Source of the DNA: a virus
Lineage: Duplodnaviria > Caudoviricetes
Length of the DNA: 36,839 nucleotides
IMG/VR virus record: IMGVR_UViG_3300002307_001842
Location: 1 to 36,839 of that record
Direction: 5' to 3' (one strand)
Numbering within the stretch: the first letter of the stretch is position 1; every line of letters begins with the position of its first letter. Shown in pieces: positions 18,236-27,366 of the stretch. A program made the translations under genes and the position numbers. The notes beneath the pieces were generated by a model, which saw nothing but the letters and a program-made list of their open reading frames with translations, was not told the origin of the DNA and made no database searches.

Positions 18236-19142
18236 CAGTTTCAATAGTTGGGGTAATCTTAAAGAAATTGTTGTAGGTACAGCAACAAACGCGCATTGGC
18301 CTGTAAATTGTCCGGTATTTCGACAAAAAGAAATTTCAACTTCATGGAAGGAAACACCTGTTCCTAGAGGCCCGGTCGATGAGGCTATTATTAAAGAAGC
18401 AAATGACGATCTTGATAATTTTTGTCACATACTAACCAGTTTAGGTATTACTGTACATCGCCCTACTAATTTAGATTTTAAATCTTTTGATGGTATGTAT
18501 AACTATTGCCCGAGAGATCGTATACTAGTTATAGGAGACAACGTCATCGATGCTCCCATGGCCTACCCTACAAGAATACCGGAAATTGAAGGATTACAAC
18601 ATGTGTTACCGACTAGCATAATTCATTGCAACGACCCAACTGCAATGTTCGATGCTGCAAATGTCTGTAGATTAGGGTTTGATCTCTTATATCTCATTAG
18701 TCAAACTGGCAACAATGCTGGGGCAACATGGCTACAAGAAGTTTTAGGTTCGCAATATAAAGTTCACAAATTAGATAACATTTACAATGGCGTTCATATT
18801 GATAGCACGATCAGTCCGGTTCGAGAAGGACTAGTAGTCTTAAATGCCGATAGAATTAATGATAATAATTTGCCATTAATTTTTAAGTCATGGGACAAAA
18901 TATGGATTACAGGAAATCAGGTGGTCGAACAACCATTTGTACACTATCCGTATGCTGGAAAATATATAGCATTAAATTTTCTTGTAGTAAATCCAAAGTT
19001 AATTATTTGTGATCCAAAACAATCTTATCTTATTAATGAATTAAAAAAATACGGTGTTGATTGCATCGGTACTGATTTACGACACAGTCGCACACTAGGC
19101 GGCGGTCATCATTGTGTAACACTCGATTTAATTAGAGAATAA
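18228..19142 (+). CDS. Amidinotransferase (glycine/inosamine-phosphate type)
   Basis: LKEIVVG, CPRD, FDAAN, HIDST, GGGHHCVTLD catalytic Asp-His-Cys set. Confidence 0.92.
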   Translation: MINSFNSWGNLKEIVVGTATNAHWPVNCPVFRQKEISTSWKETPVPRGPVDEAIIKEANDDLDNFCHILTSLGITVHRPTNLDFKSFDGMYNYCPRDRILVIGDNVIDAPMAYPTRIPEIEGLQHVLPTSIIHCNDPTAMFDAANVCRLGFDLLYLISQTGNNAGATWLQEVLGSQYKVHKLDNIYNGVHIDSTISPVREGLVVLNADRINDNNLPLIFKSWDKIWITGNQVVEQPFVHYPYAGKYIALNFLVVNPKLIICDPKQSYLINELKKYGVDCIGTDLRHSRTLGGGHHCVTLDLIRE

Positions 19143-20239
19143 TGTTTGAACCAGAATTATTTTGGGCAAATATTCCTGATAGAGATGATTATCTAGGATT
19201 TTTAGATTCTCTTATACCTCAATGTTTTCTTAAAGATTTTAAAGAACCGTATTGCATTTGGACCGGAACTGGCGTACTTAATGCATCTAAATTTAAAGAT
19301 GTTCAAAACTTACATTTATTTTTGTACGAACCTCTACGAATAACTAATCAAGAATTATCAGTTGAATTAAATTGTCTTAAAGACTTTGCAATAACAGTAT
19401 ATATTCCTAATTTAAACATTGAACCGCTAGCTAAAAATTATCCAAATTTAATAATAAAAACTCTTGATTTATTTTTTATTATCTCCGGCCTCACATATTT
19501 TTGTATGTACAAAGACAACGACAATCATGTAGACCATCAAGACCTAATATACAAAAAGTTTTGGTGCGGAAATTGGCGATATACAGTACACAGGCATTTG
19601 ATAATGTGCTACTTGGCAACGCTTAATGGAACTTATAGTTGGCATTTCGATTGCGAATATAACGTGCTCTTATCTAATTGTTGGTTTGATTTTAAGAAAT
19701 GCCAATCTCTTAATTTTGATGTATATGCAAGACTTATTAATGGTTGCAACATGCTTACGAAAGATCAATTTTCTTTAGATCAGCTACCATTTATGCCGAT
19801 TAAAATTAAAGATTTAACATATTCATATTATCCTAATAATAAAAAATATGCACCCGGATCAATGGAGTTTCATCAAAGTTACACAACTGCATTCTGCTCC
19901 ATTATAACTGAATCGGAATATGATTATCCTTTTGGATTTTTAACGGAGAAAACACTTTCTCCAATTCTTTACTTTAGACCGTTTGTTTTAGTATCGTCAC
20001 AACATAGTCTCAGATTTCTAAAAAAGTATGGATTTAAAACGTTTAATCAATGGTGGGACGAAAGTTACGATCATGAAGAAGATCATATGCTGCGTATGAT
20101 GAAAATATTTAAAGTTATTGATTACCTCGACTCACTATCGTTAAATGAACTTAAACAAATTTATGCTGATATGTTACCAACTTTAAAACATAATCGAAAT
20201 ATTTTAAAAGAAATAATCGTCAAAAACCCTTTATTTTAA
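19142..20239 (+). CDS. Hypothetical protein, glycosyltransferase-like C-terminus
   Basis: SIITES...FLTEKT..PI...RPF...GFKTF..WDESYD motif. Confidence 0.6.
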   Translation: MFEPELFWANIPDRDDYLGFLDSLIPQCFLKDFKEPYCIWTGTGVLNASKFKDVQNLHLFLYEPLRITNQELSVELNCLKDFAITVYIPNLNIEPLAKNYPNLIIKTLDLFFIISGLTYFCMYKDNDNHVDHQDLIYKKFWCGNWRYTVHRHLIMCYLATLNGTYSWHFDCEYNVLLSNCWFDFKKCQSLNFDVYARLINGCNMLTKDQFSLDQLPFMPIKIKDLTYSYYPNNKKYAPGSMEFHQSYTTAFCSIITESEYDYPFGFLTEKTLSPILYFRPFVLVSSQHSLRFLKKYGFKTFNQWWDESYDHEEDHMLRMMKIFKVIDYLDSLSLNELKQIYADMLPTLKHNRNILKEIIVKNPLF

Positions 20240-20264
20240 CTAGATACTAATTTATAATTATTAT

Positions 20265-20492
20265 ATGAAAATAGTGAGACTTAATGGAACGCATAAACTT
20301 TATTATCAAGGATTTACACACGGACTTAGGTTTGATTATATAACTTGGGATGTAAGAGTATTGATCGATAAAATTGAAACCCGATACGGATATGACGAAT
20401 CAAAATGGACGCATTATAGATCCCGTAAAGGTCGTCCGTATTGGATCGGTTTTAAAGATCCGAAAATTATTAGTTTTGTATTAATGCTTTAA
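20265..20492 (+). CDS. Small hypothetical protein
   Basis: 75 aa ORF. Confidence 0.6.
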   Translation: MKIVRLNGTHKLYYQGFTHGLRFDYITWDVRVLIDKIETRYGYDESKWTHYRSRKGRPYWIGFKDPKIISFVLML

Positions 20493-20542
20493 TTTTTTAT
20501 AGGGAGCAAATCTTTCGTAACACACTATTTTTAGGAAACAAG

Positions 20543-20746
20543 ATGATTGATTTAATATGTTTATTAAACTCACAGGATAGTGTGTTTTATATTGATTTGC
20601 ATAATCAAACGCATACTAACTTTAGACCATGGGCAATTTTAGAAATAACAAAATGGGGCCCAAGACAGTTCGATATTTATGTAACTAAAGAACAAGCAGA
20701 AACGGCTGCTAAGTTATATGGAATAATTATTATTGATAAACCCTAA
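20543..20746 (+). CDS. Small hypothetical protein
   Basis: 67 aa ORF with AGGA RBS. Confidence 0.55.
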   Translation: MIDLICLLNSQDSVFYIDLHNQTHTNFRPWAILEITKWGPRQFDIYVTKEQAETAAKLYGIIIIDKP

Positions 20747-20794
20747 ATACCTATATATTAAAGGTGAAATCATTACCTTAGAACTGAATAACCG

Positions 20795-20822
20795 TTGACA
20801 ACGTCTTAAAAGACGTTATAAT
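20795..20822 (+). promoter_or_regulatory. Consensus sigma70 promoter for tRNA-Lys, palindromic spacer
   Basis: TTGACA-16 nt-TATAAT; AACGTCT-TAAA-AGACGTT spans the spacer. Confidence 0.8.
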
Positions 20823-20835
20823 ACAAGAGCATTTT

Positions 20836-20911
20836 GAGGACATAGCTCAGTCGGTAGAGCATATCACTTTTAATGATACGGTCGAGAGTTCGAGCCTCTC
20901 TGTCCTCACCA
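20836..20911 (+). tRNA. tRNA-Lys (UUU)
   Basis: Full cloverleaf, anticodon arm TATCA-CTTTTAA-TGATA, GTTCGA, encoded CCA. Confidence 0.95.
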
Positions 20912-20951
20912 TATAGAAACACATGTATTTTTATATGGTGATATATACTAT

Positions 20952-21128
20952 ATGGAACACTTTTTCGATATAGATATTAGATACCTTAATTTATTTTCAA
21001 TCATGTTAGGAATGTCATTAGTAGTGCTTTCTAATATGTGGGGCGGAAGAACTCGATACACTAGAATTGTATTTTTTTATATGGCATACTTAATTTTCTA
21101 TTATGGCTTCTTAAGGCAAAATTTATGA
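20952..21128 (+). CDS. 58 aa two-TM membrane protein
   Basis: MEHFFDID...FLRQNL*; stop overlaps next ATG (ATGA). Confidence 0.55.
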   Translation: MEHFFDIDIRYLNLFSIMLGMSLVVLSNMWGGRTRYTRIVFFYMAYLIFYYGFLRQNL

Positions 21129-21625
21129 TCAAGCACATTTATGTTGATATGGATGGAGTACTTGCTGACTTCTTTAAACGCTTTGAAGAACTGTTTAAGG
21201 CAGAACCAGAAATAGATTATCCAAGCAACACTCAAAAAAAGAAAGCATATCAGAAACGCTGGTTAGACTTCATTGAAGGAAAACAGTTCGAAACCCTTGA
21301 TCCAATGCCTGATTTAGAAATGGGATTGAGAGGTCTTAGAATTCTTCAAAAAGCTGTCCCGGTAGAAATTTTAGGTTCTACTGCAAAACCAGAGTTTATA
21401 GATGAGCTTGGAAGACAAAAGAAAATTTGGCTCGATAAACAAGGAATTGATTTTAAACCAATCTTTGTCCCGGGCAAGCATTTAAAAAGGCAGTATGCAG
21501 GGCCAGGTAAAGTACTAATCGACGATACTGCTTCTAACATCGAACAATGGGAAGAAGATGGAGGTATTGGAATTTTGCATAAAGACTGGACTAACACTTT
21601 AATTAAACTTGGTAACGTAGGATAA
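21125..21625 (+). CDS. HAD-family 5'(3')-deoxyribonucleotidase
   Basis: IYVDMDGVLADF, K..WL, LIDD...N...W...GGIGILH. Confidence 0.9.
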   Translation: MIKHIYVDMDGVLADFFKRFEELFKAEPEIDYPSNTQKKKAYQKRWLDFIEGKQFETLDPMPDLEMGLRGLRILQKAVPVEILGSTAKPEFIDELGRQKKIWLDKQGIDFKPIFVPGKHLKRQYAGPGKVLIDDTASNIEQWEEDGGIGILHKDWTNTLIKLGNVG

Positions 21626-21685
21626 TGGTAATACAGCACTTTCATAAGGTGTAAGATGCAAGTTCGAATCTATCTATTACCTCTA
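21611..21685 (+). pseudogene. Degenerate tRNA (CAU anticodon) overlapping the nucleotidase stop
   Basis: GGTAA...TGGTAA...GCACT-TTCATAA-GGTGT...GTTCGAATC...TTACC; broken T and acceptor stems, no CCA. Confidence 0.6.
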
Positions 21686-21725
21686 ATTTAAAATGTAAAT
21701 AACATCACAAACAAATGAGGATTTT

Positions 21726-21902
21726 ATGTATAAAACAATTATCGCAGGCAGCATTGCATTAATAGCAATCTCACTTACTATTATGACTTGGATTGTTAAT
21801 CGGGAAGATTCGATTAGAATGGAAATCGCTGCACAAAACGGGTTAATTCAATGTAAAGTAGCAAATTATGTACTTTGGAAGAAAGAGTGCGACAATAAAT
21901 AA
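21726..21902 (+). CDS. 58 aa N-terminally anchored protein
   Basis: GAGGA RBS; MYKTIIAGSIALIAISLTIMTWIV...C...C. Confidence 0.65.
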   Translation: MYKTIIAGSIALIAISLTIMTWIVNREDSIRMEIAAQNGLIQCKVANYVLWKKECDNK

Positions 21903-21919
21903 TACTTTAGGAGATTTAA

Positions 21920-22117
21920 ATGTCACACAGATTAAAAATTCAACATTGGCATGCCGGTTTGTTAGTTACCCACGAACATATTTTTAAAACTTTTGATGAA
22001 GCGTTAGCTTTTTCTTTTTCTTTTCATAAAATTGCAAAAATGAAGATTTATGACGATGCAGATCAATTAATGCACGAAGTCATACCATGTTTGTTTGATG
22101 AACTAATGTACGCATAA
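21920..22117 (+). CDS. Small protein, paralog 1 of a W..G.L / KIY family
   Basis: AGGAG RBS, TAAATA; aligns with the 22128 and 29109 ORFs. Confidence 0.75.
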   Translation: MSHRLKIQHWHAGLLVTHEHIFKTFDEALAFSFSFHKIAKMKIYDDADQLMHEVIPCLFDELMYA

Positions 22118-22127
22118 GAGAAACAAT

Positions 22128-22331
22128 ATGGCTCAACATAAACTTAGAATGCATTTTTGGCATAACGGTAACCTTGTAACACACGAACATCATTTTAATT
22201 CATATGAAGATGCAAGCGAGTTCGCATTTCAAATTGTAAAACCGTCGTTGTTAAAAATTTATAACGAATACAATGAATTGATTTACGAAGTAACCGCAGG
22301 GATGTTTGATCCAGCAGATTCATACGCTTAA
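22128..22331 (+). CDS. Small protein, paralog 2
   Basis: H.L....WH.G.LVTHEH.F...A..F.F......KIY shared with the previous ORF. Confidence 0.75.
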   Translation: MAQHKLRMHFWHNGNLVTHEHHFNSYEDASEFAFQIVKPSLLKIYNEYNELIYEVTAGMFDPADSYA

Positions 22332-22333
22332 TT

Positions 22334-22412
22334 GCGGGATTAGTTTAGAGGTAACTATGCGGTAAAGTTGCCAACCCGAATGTCGTGGGGTTGAATTTCA
22401 TCTCTCGTTCCA
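22334..22412 (+). pseudogene. Degenerate tRNA-Gly (GCC)-like sequence
   Basis: GCGGGATTAGTTTAG..GGTA, TTGCCAA loop, ends CGTTCCA; stems disrupted. Confidence 0.6.
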
Positions 22413-22420
22413 ATTTTATA

Positions 22421-22449
22421 TTGACAATTAACAGCAGTTGTCATATAAT
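22421..22449 (+). promoter_or_regulatory. Consensus sigma70 promoter
   Basis: TTGACA-17 nt-TATAAT. Confidence 0.8.
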
Positions 22450-22481
22450 ACTTTTTTAGGATAATTGCAGCAAACAATTTT

Positions 22482-23015
22482 ATGTCATCTGTTTGGTTAT
22501 ATTCTGATCCACATTTTGGCCATCACGGCGTTTGTCGATTCTTACGTAATGACGGAGTTACAAAATTGCGTCCATGGGATGATCCTGCGGAAATGGACGA
22601 AGATATGGTTACCTGGTATAATGAATGTGTAAGACCTAACGATAAAATATATTTCTTGGGAGATGTTGTAATTAACCGTAAGGCGTTAAGTACTTTACAT
22701 CGACTAAATGGGGATAAGGTTCTCATTAAGGGAAACCACGACATTTTTAAGTTGCATGAGTATACTGCACATTTTAGAGACATTCGTGGTTACCATGTGA
22801 TGAACAACATAATTCTTAGCCACATACCGGTTCATCCAGAAAGCAAAGGTAGGTTTAAAGCAAACATTCACGGACATACTCATGCTAACAGAGTGAAAGT
22901 TGACGGGATTATCGACCCCTATTATCATTGCGTATGTGTTGAACAGACCGACTACAAACCCATTCTGTTTGAACAGGTTTTGGCTAGAATCGAAGCCGAG
23001 AGAAAAGAGTGTTAA
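22482..23015 (+). CDS. Calcineurin-like metallophosphoesterase
   Basis: SDPHFGH, LGDV, GNHD, SHIP, IHGHTH. Confidence 0.92.
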   Translation: MSSVWLYSDPHFGHHGVCRFLRNDGVTKLRPWDDPAEMDEDMVTWYNECVRPNDKIYFLGDVVINRKALSTLHRLNGDKVLIKGNHDIFKLHEYTAHFRDIRGYHVMNNIILSHIPVHPESKGRFKANIHGHTHANRVKVDGIIDPYYHCVCVEQTDYKPILFEQVLARIEAERKEC

Positions 23016-23182
23016 TTTCCCGCACATTAAGAGATCTACAGTTGTAATAAAATTGCAATCTTATTATGTTTAAATAAATGACGTATGCAGCAGATTGTTA
23101 TTCGAAATCGTTGTTAGTTTAGTCATTACGGTATTTACTGAAATGGTGCTAAAACGTTATTTTCAAAAACTGATAAAACATA

Positions 23183-23977
23183 ATGAAAAATAAATACCGT
23201 TCAATTTTTATTTCAGATGTACATCTTGGTACAACAGATTGTAAAGCAGATTTACTTTGTGATTTTTTAAAACATAACTCAGCTAACACCATTTATCTTA
23301 TCGGTGATATCATTGACGGATGGAAAATTCAACAAAATCGATTAAAATGGCATAAATCACACACAGATGTTATTCGTCATTTACTTAAACATTCAAAGAA
23401 AGGTTCTAAAATTGTTTATGTAGCCGGAAACCACGATGAATTTCTTAGACCTTTGTTACCTTATAATGTGTCATTTGGACAGATTATCTTTGTCAATAAA
23501 ATTGATCATGTTGGAGTAGATGGGAAAAGATACCTAGTTATCCATGGCGACATGTTTGACGGTATTTCTAAATTAGCACCCTGGATAAGTTATTTAGGTG
23601 ATAAAGCATATGATGCATTACTTTATTTGAATACTAAGTACAACTGGATACGGCATAAATTGGGATTCGGATACTGGAGTTTTAGTAAATACTTAAAACA
23701 TAAAGTCAAGGGCGCAGTAGATTTTATTTTTCAGTTCGAACAAAATTTAGCCGATTATTGTAAACGTAAGTATTATGATGGTGTGATTTGCGGACATATT
23801 CATCATGCAGAAATAAAAAGAATCGATGATGTTATATATATGAACGACGGTGATTGGGTAGAATCCTGCACAGCACTTGTTGAACATTTTGACGGAACAT
23901 TTGAAATTATTACATGGGAGCAATTTAAAGATGTATATTCTAGTAGCATTACAAGCAGTAGCAGCACTAGGGACTAG
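23183..23977 (+). CDS. UDP-2,3-diacylglucosamine diphosphatase-like (LpxH-family) metallophosphoesterase
   Basis: ISDVHLG, GDIIDGW, GNHDEFLR, HGDMFD, CGHIH, NDGDWVESCTALVE. Confidence 0.9.
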   Translation: MKNKYRSIFISDVHLGTTDCKADLLCDFLKHNSANTIYLIGDIIDGWKIQQNRLKWHKSHTDVIRHLLKHSKKGSKIVYVAGNHDEFLRPLLPYNVSFGQIIFVNKIDHVGVDGKRYLVIHGDMFDGISKLAPWISYLGDKAYDALLYLNTKYNWIRHKLGFGYWSFSKYLKHKVKGAVDFIFQFEQNLADYCKRKYYDGVICGHIHHAEIKRIDDVIYMNDGDWVESCTALVEHFDGTFEIITWEQFKDVYSSSITSSSSTRD

Positions 23978-24098
23978 TCTGTTCTGGCAACCAATAGGTG
24001 AGTTTGATACCGACCAGTCATGTAAGGTGGCAGCTGAACACCTGCAGAAAGCAAAAGATCATAAAGAAGGTGAGTTGTACGTCTGTTTGAAAAAGTAA
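23931..24098 (+). CDS. Small secreted-type protein with two Cys
   Basis: GGAG RBS before ATG 23931; MYILVAL...GEFDTDQSC..AA...CLKK. Confidence 0.55.
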   Translation: MYILVALQAVAALGTSLFWQPIGEFDTDQSCKVAAEHLQKAKDHKEGELYVCLKK

Positions 24099-24138
24099 CT
24101 ATACATAGGTTGCCTAAATTAAGTTTCTGTGGTAAAAT

Positions 24139-24282
24139 ATGTTATCATCAATGTTAACAATAGAAGAGTTTTATCTCAAACATTATGTTATATCTCTTTT
24201 TATTGTGGTTTTCTGTTATTATGGGATTATAGGTTTGGTCGCAGTCATCTGTAATAGGATTTTTGGTTGTCAGGAAAAGTAA
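24139..24282 (+). CDS. 47 aa membrane peptide
   Basis: Hydrophobic ORF MLSSMLTIEEF...GCQEK*. Confidence 0.4.
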   Translation: MLSSMLTIEEFYLKHYVISLFIVVFCYYGIIGLVAVICNRIFGCQEK

Positions 24283-24286
24283 GTTT

Positions 24287-24391
24287 ATGTACATTTGTAT
24301 TTGTAATGATTTCAATGAACCTGAACTAAAAAACATCATAAAGAATAATCCAAAGATAACAGTCGAACTTTATGTTTGCCTAAAAAAATAA
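24287..24391 (+). pseudogene. Truncated Bfd-like [2Fe-2S] ferredoxin
   Basis: MYICICND....LKNII resembles the Bfd N-terminus; the second CxxC is missing. Confidence 0.5.
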
Positions 24392-24585
24392 TGTCAGAGA
24401 AACTTAAATACCTTTGGCAAAAATCAAAGGAATATATCGATAATAAGTATCCCTATTCAAATGAAAAGACAGAAAAGTATTTAGAAAAATTCGCCGAACT
24501 AGTTATTAATGAATGTTCAGATTTAAGTGATAACAAATTTTATTTTAAGAAAAAACTTAGGGAATATTTTGGATTAAAACTATGA
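24391..24585 (+). CDS. Small phage protein (LEKFAELVINEC motif)
   Basis: ATG 24391; stop overlaps next start. Confidence 0.65.
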   Translation: MSEKLKYLWQKSKEYIDNKYPYSNEKTEKYLEKFAELVINECSDLSDNKFYFKKKLREYFGLKL

Positions 24586-25592
24586 AAAAAATATTGATCA
24601 TTACAGATACTACTGATAAGCAAACTAACGGTGTAGTTAGAACCCTTAAAACTACTGTTAACTTGTTATGTAAAGACTTTGATGTTCATTGGATTACCCC
24701 GGATCACTTTAAAACTATTGCATTACCAGTTTATAAAGAGATAGACATTTCTTTAAACATTTATGCAATCGGGGGAAAACTCGAAAATATTGATCCTGAC
24801 TACATACATATTGCAACAGAAGGACCGGTCGGGTTAGCAGGTAAACTGTATTGTGATAAAAAAGGATATAACTACACAACCTCATATCATAGCAAGTTTC
24901 CGGAATTTTTATATGATATGTTCAGTATTCCTGTTAAATTAACATATCCTTATTTTAAATGGTTTCATGCAAAATCTAAGGCTGTACTTATACCAACAGA
25001 ACAAATTAAAAGCCAATTAGAATCGAAAGGATTTAAAAACTTAATAATTTGGTGCAGAGGGGTTGACACTAATACATTTAACCCCACACATCGGTTTAGG
25101 GGAACAACCCCTTTAATAAAGTATATTTTATGTGTGAGTAGAGTGTCAAAAGAAAAAGGATTAGATGATTTCTGCCAAATTTCAGTGCCAGACGAATATT
25201 ACAAAGTATTAGTAGGTGACGGGCCTTATCTCGAAGAATTAAAAAATAAATATCATGCAGAAAAAATTGAATTTTTAGGAAAGAAGACAGGGACTGCATT
25301 ATCGCAAATTTATGCAGATGCAGATGTTTTTATCTTCCCATCAAAAACTGATACATTCGGGTTAACACAATTAGAATCAATTGCATCAGGAGTGCCTGTA
25401 CTTGCATATAAAGATACAGCATCATCGGAAATTATCAACGATGGTATAAGCGGGTGGTTGGTTGATACATTTAATATTGATGCTATAATGAAAGCATTGA
25501 CGCTAGATAGGAACAACGTATCAAAAGAAGCGGATAAATGGTCCTGGGAAACATGTACAGAAGTTTTTAAAAATAATTTAGTGTTAAAGTGA
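24582..25592 (+). CDS. GT4-family glycosyltransferase
   Basis: QTNGVVRTL, IHIATEGPVG, RVSKEK, VGDGP, FPSKTDTFG...ES.ASGVPV. Confidence 0.93.
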   Translation: MKKILIITDTTDKQTNGVVRTLKTTVNLLCKDFDVHWITPDHFKTIALPVYKEIDISLNIYAIGGKLENIDPDYIHIATEGPVGLAGKLYCDKKGYNYTTSYHSKFPEFLYDMFSIPVKLTYPYFKWFHAKSKAVLIPTEQIKSQLESKGFKNLIIWCRGVDTNTFNPTHRFRGTTPLIKYILCVSRVSKEKGLDDFCQISVPDEYYKVLVGDGPYLEELKNKYHAEKIEFLGKKTGTALSQIYADADVFIFPSKTDTFGLTQLESIASGVPVLAYKDTASSEIINDGISGWLVDTFNIDAIMKALTLDRNNVSKEADKWSWETCTEVFKNNLVLK

Positions 25593-25798
25593 CTATAAAA
25601 GAATTGCAGGAATTAAAATTTGTTTTTGAAACATTGCCGTCGGGAAGAATTAATCTAAAACACAATAAATGTTTTTCGATTAACGGTCTAATGTCGACCA
25701 GTGTAGGCCGCGGACAATGGCTTCATACCTTCGAAGTCAAAAGCATTAACGACGTGGCTGCATATATTGAAACTCTAAGATTTATTAACGTTGTCTAA
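25589..25798 (+). CDS. Small hypothetical protein
   Basis: GTGA overlap with the upstream stop. Confidence 0.5.
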   Translation: MTIKELQELKFVFETLPSGRINLKHNKCFSINGLMSTSVGRGQWLHTFEVKSINDVAAYIETLRFINVV

Positions 25799-25802
25799 TA
25801 AA

Positions 25803-26423
25803 ATGATTATACCTAGCGATAAGGATAGTTGGATTGTTTGCGGGGCAGGAAGAACCGGTAGCTTCCTCATTTCCGAGTACATTATTAATCTATACAAACA
25901 ATGGGATTTAAATTTAAGATTATATGAAGCATTTGAGTATAATCCATCAAGAGGGGTGTTAAACTTAGATTTAATTCATACACATCGACGAGAATATTAC
26001 CAATATATTAACGAAAATATTAGATGTATCATCCCTATAAGAAATATAGTAGAAAGTTGTTTGAGCCAAGCAATTTGCCCTCGTTCTAGACGTTATCATT
26101 TTTACAAAGACACCAAAATTCAGACTATTGTACCATTTGTATTTGAGAAATCAATGCTTATAAAAATTTATAAACAATTTGTTACATTTTATGAAACATT
26201 AGACGTTCCGGCAGATGCAATAATTATCGACTATAAAAATTATTCACATAATGTTGATAATTTAGCAAATCTTATAGGAATCGAGATTAAATATCCTATA
26301 TCTAATGATAGTTTACCGATTAAAACTCCAGGATCGCCGGAAGAATGGTTTATAAATTGGACCGAAATACAAGATTTGATCAAAGATTGGGAAACTGACC
26401 CAACAAAATTTATCTGCTGTTAG
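25803..26423 (+). CDS. Sulfotransferase-like P-loop protein
   Basis: GAGRTGS, HTH, RN...CLS motifs. Confidence 0.6.
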   Translation: MIIPSDKDSWIVCGAGRTGSFLISEYIINLYKQWDLNLRLYEAFEYNPSRGVLNLDLIHTHRREYYQYINENIRCIIPIRNIVESCLSQAICPRSRRYHFYKDTKIQTIVPFVFEKSMLIKIYKQFVTFYETLDVPADAIIIDYKNYSHNVDNLANLIGIEIKYPISNDSLPIKTPGSPEEWFINWTEIQDLIKDWETDPTKFICC

Positions 26424-26438
26424 ATTGGAGTTAAATAG

Positions 26439-27050
26439 GTGATTTATATAATTTTAAGCCCTGGAAGAACAGGAAGTATTTTATTAACAGATATAGTATA
26501 CAAGTACATTTGTAATAATCTTAATTTTGCTGACGAGGTACGCTACTTCTGGTATGATAACCAACCCCCTGTTACTTTTAATACAGATAAAGATTGTGTA
26601 GTTCATACTCATTCTTCCGAAATTATTTCGAAATTAGAGATCGATCCTTCTAATGTTACGTTAATTATAAGTAAAAGATATAATTTATTTGACTTAACAA
26701 TGAGTGATATTATCTCATACGTAACACATGAGTGTACAAGGTATACCGGGCAACAAAAAGAACCGTTTAGTATACCTATAACAATATTCTTAAAGTATAT
26801 AGAACACTATAAAAAATGGTATGAAAACATCGATTTATCATTAAATTATTATGATGTAAAAACAATATTTTACGAAGATTTTATCGATGATTATTCGTAT
26901 ATCGGGAAGTTGCTAAATTTCCCCCATCTTGAAAAGATTAATATCGAAACAGAGAAATCTCCATACGATTACAAAGACCTTGTTGTAAATTGGGAGATAT
27001 TAAAATTTATTTACGAACATCAGGTAATAGGTAATTATATTATAGATTGA
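26439..27050 (+). CDS. Sulfotransferase-like P-loop protein (paralog)
   Basis: SPGRTGS, HTH, FYEDF, KSP......NW. Confidence 0.65.
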   Translation: MIYIILSPGRTGSILLTDIVYKYICNNLNFADEVRYFWYDNQPPVTFNTDKDCVVHTHSSEIISKLEIDPSNVTLIISKRYNLFDLTMSDIISYVTHECTRYTGQQKEPFSIPITIFLKYIEHYKKWYENIDLSLNYYDVKTIFYEDFIDDYSYIGKLLNFPHLEKINIETEKSPYDYKDLVVNWEILKFIYEHQVIGNYIID

Positions 27051-27074
27051 CAATTAAATAAAAGTCTTTATAAT
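27047..27074 (+). promoter_or_regulatory. Consensus sigma70 promoter
   Basis: TTGACA-16 nt-TATAAT. Confidence 0.75.
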
Positions 27075-27150
27075 GTACAAATATTTAAAAATAAATAGAT
27101 TTTCTTGTTATGCGGAAAATACCGGATGCAACCCTAGGCAAGGGCACCTC

Positions 27151-27308
27151 ATATAGTAGCATTTAATAGTGGTACAGCTCGTTGACCAATGTACACAGTT
27201 AACCTTGTTCAATTTGTAGTCCTGTGATACTAGTAATTAACATTTATAAAATGTTAACATCAGGCCGAAAAGAATAGCAAACTGTACCACTATTAAATGT
27301 TACTATAT
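27151..27308 (+). ncRNA. 158 nt element closed by a 27 bp stem; candidate small RNA
   Basis: ATATAGTAGCATTTAATAGTGGTACAG / CTGTACCACTATTAAATGTTACTATAT with one G.U; internal stems. Confidence 0.6.
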
Positions 27309-27366
27309 AAAAATTTATTGCAGGTATAACATTTGAAGGTAGTAGTAACCACCATATTATTTAATT

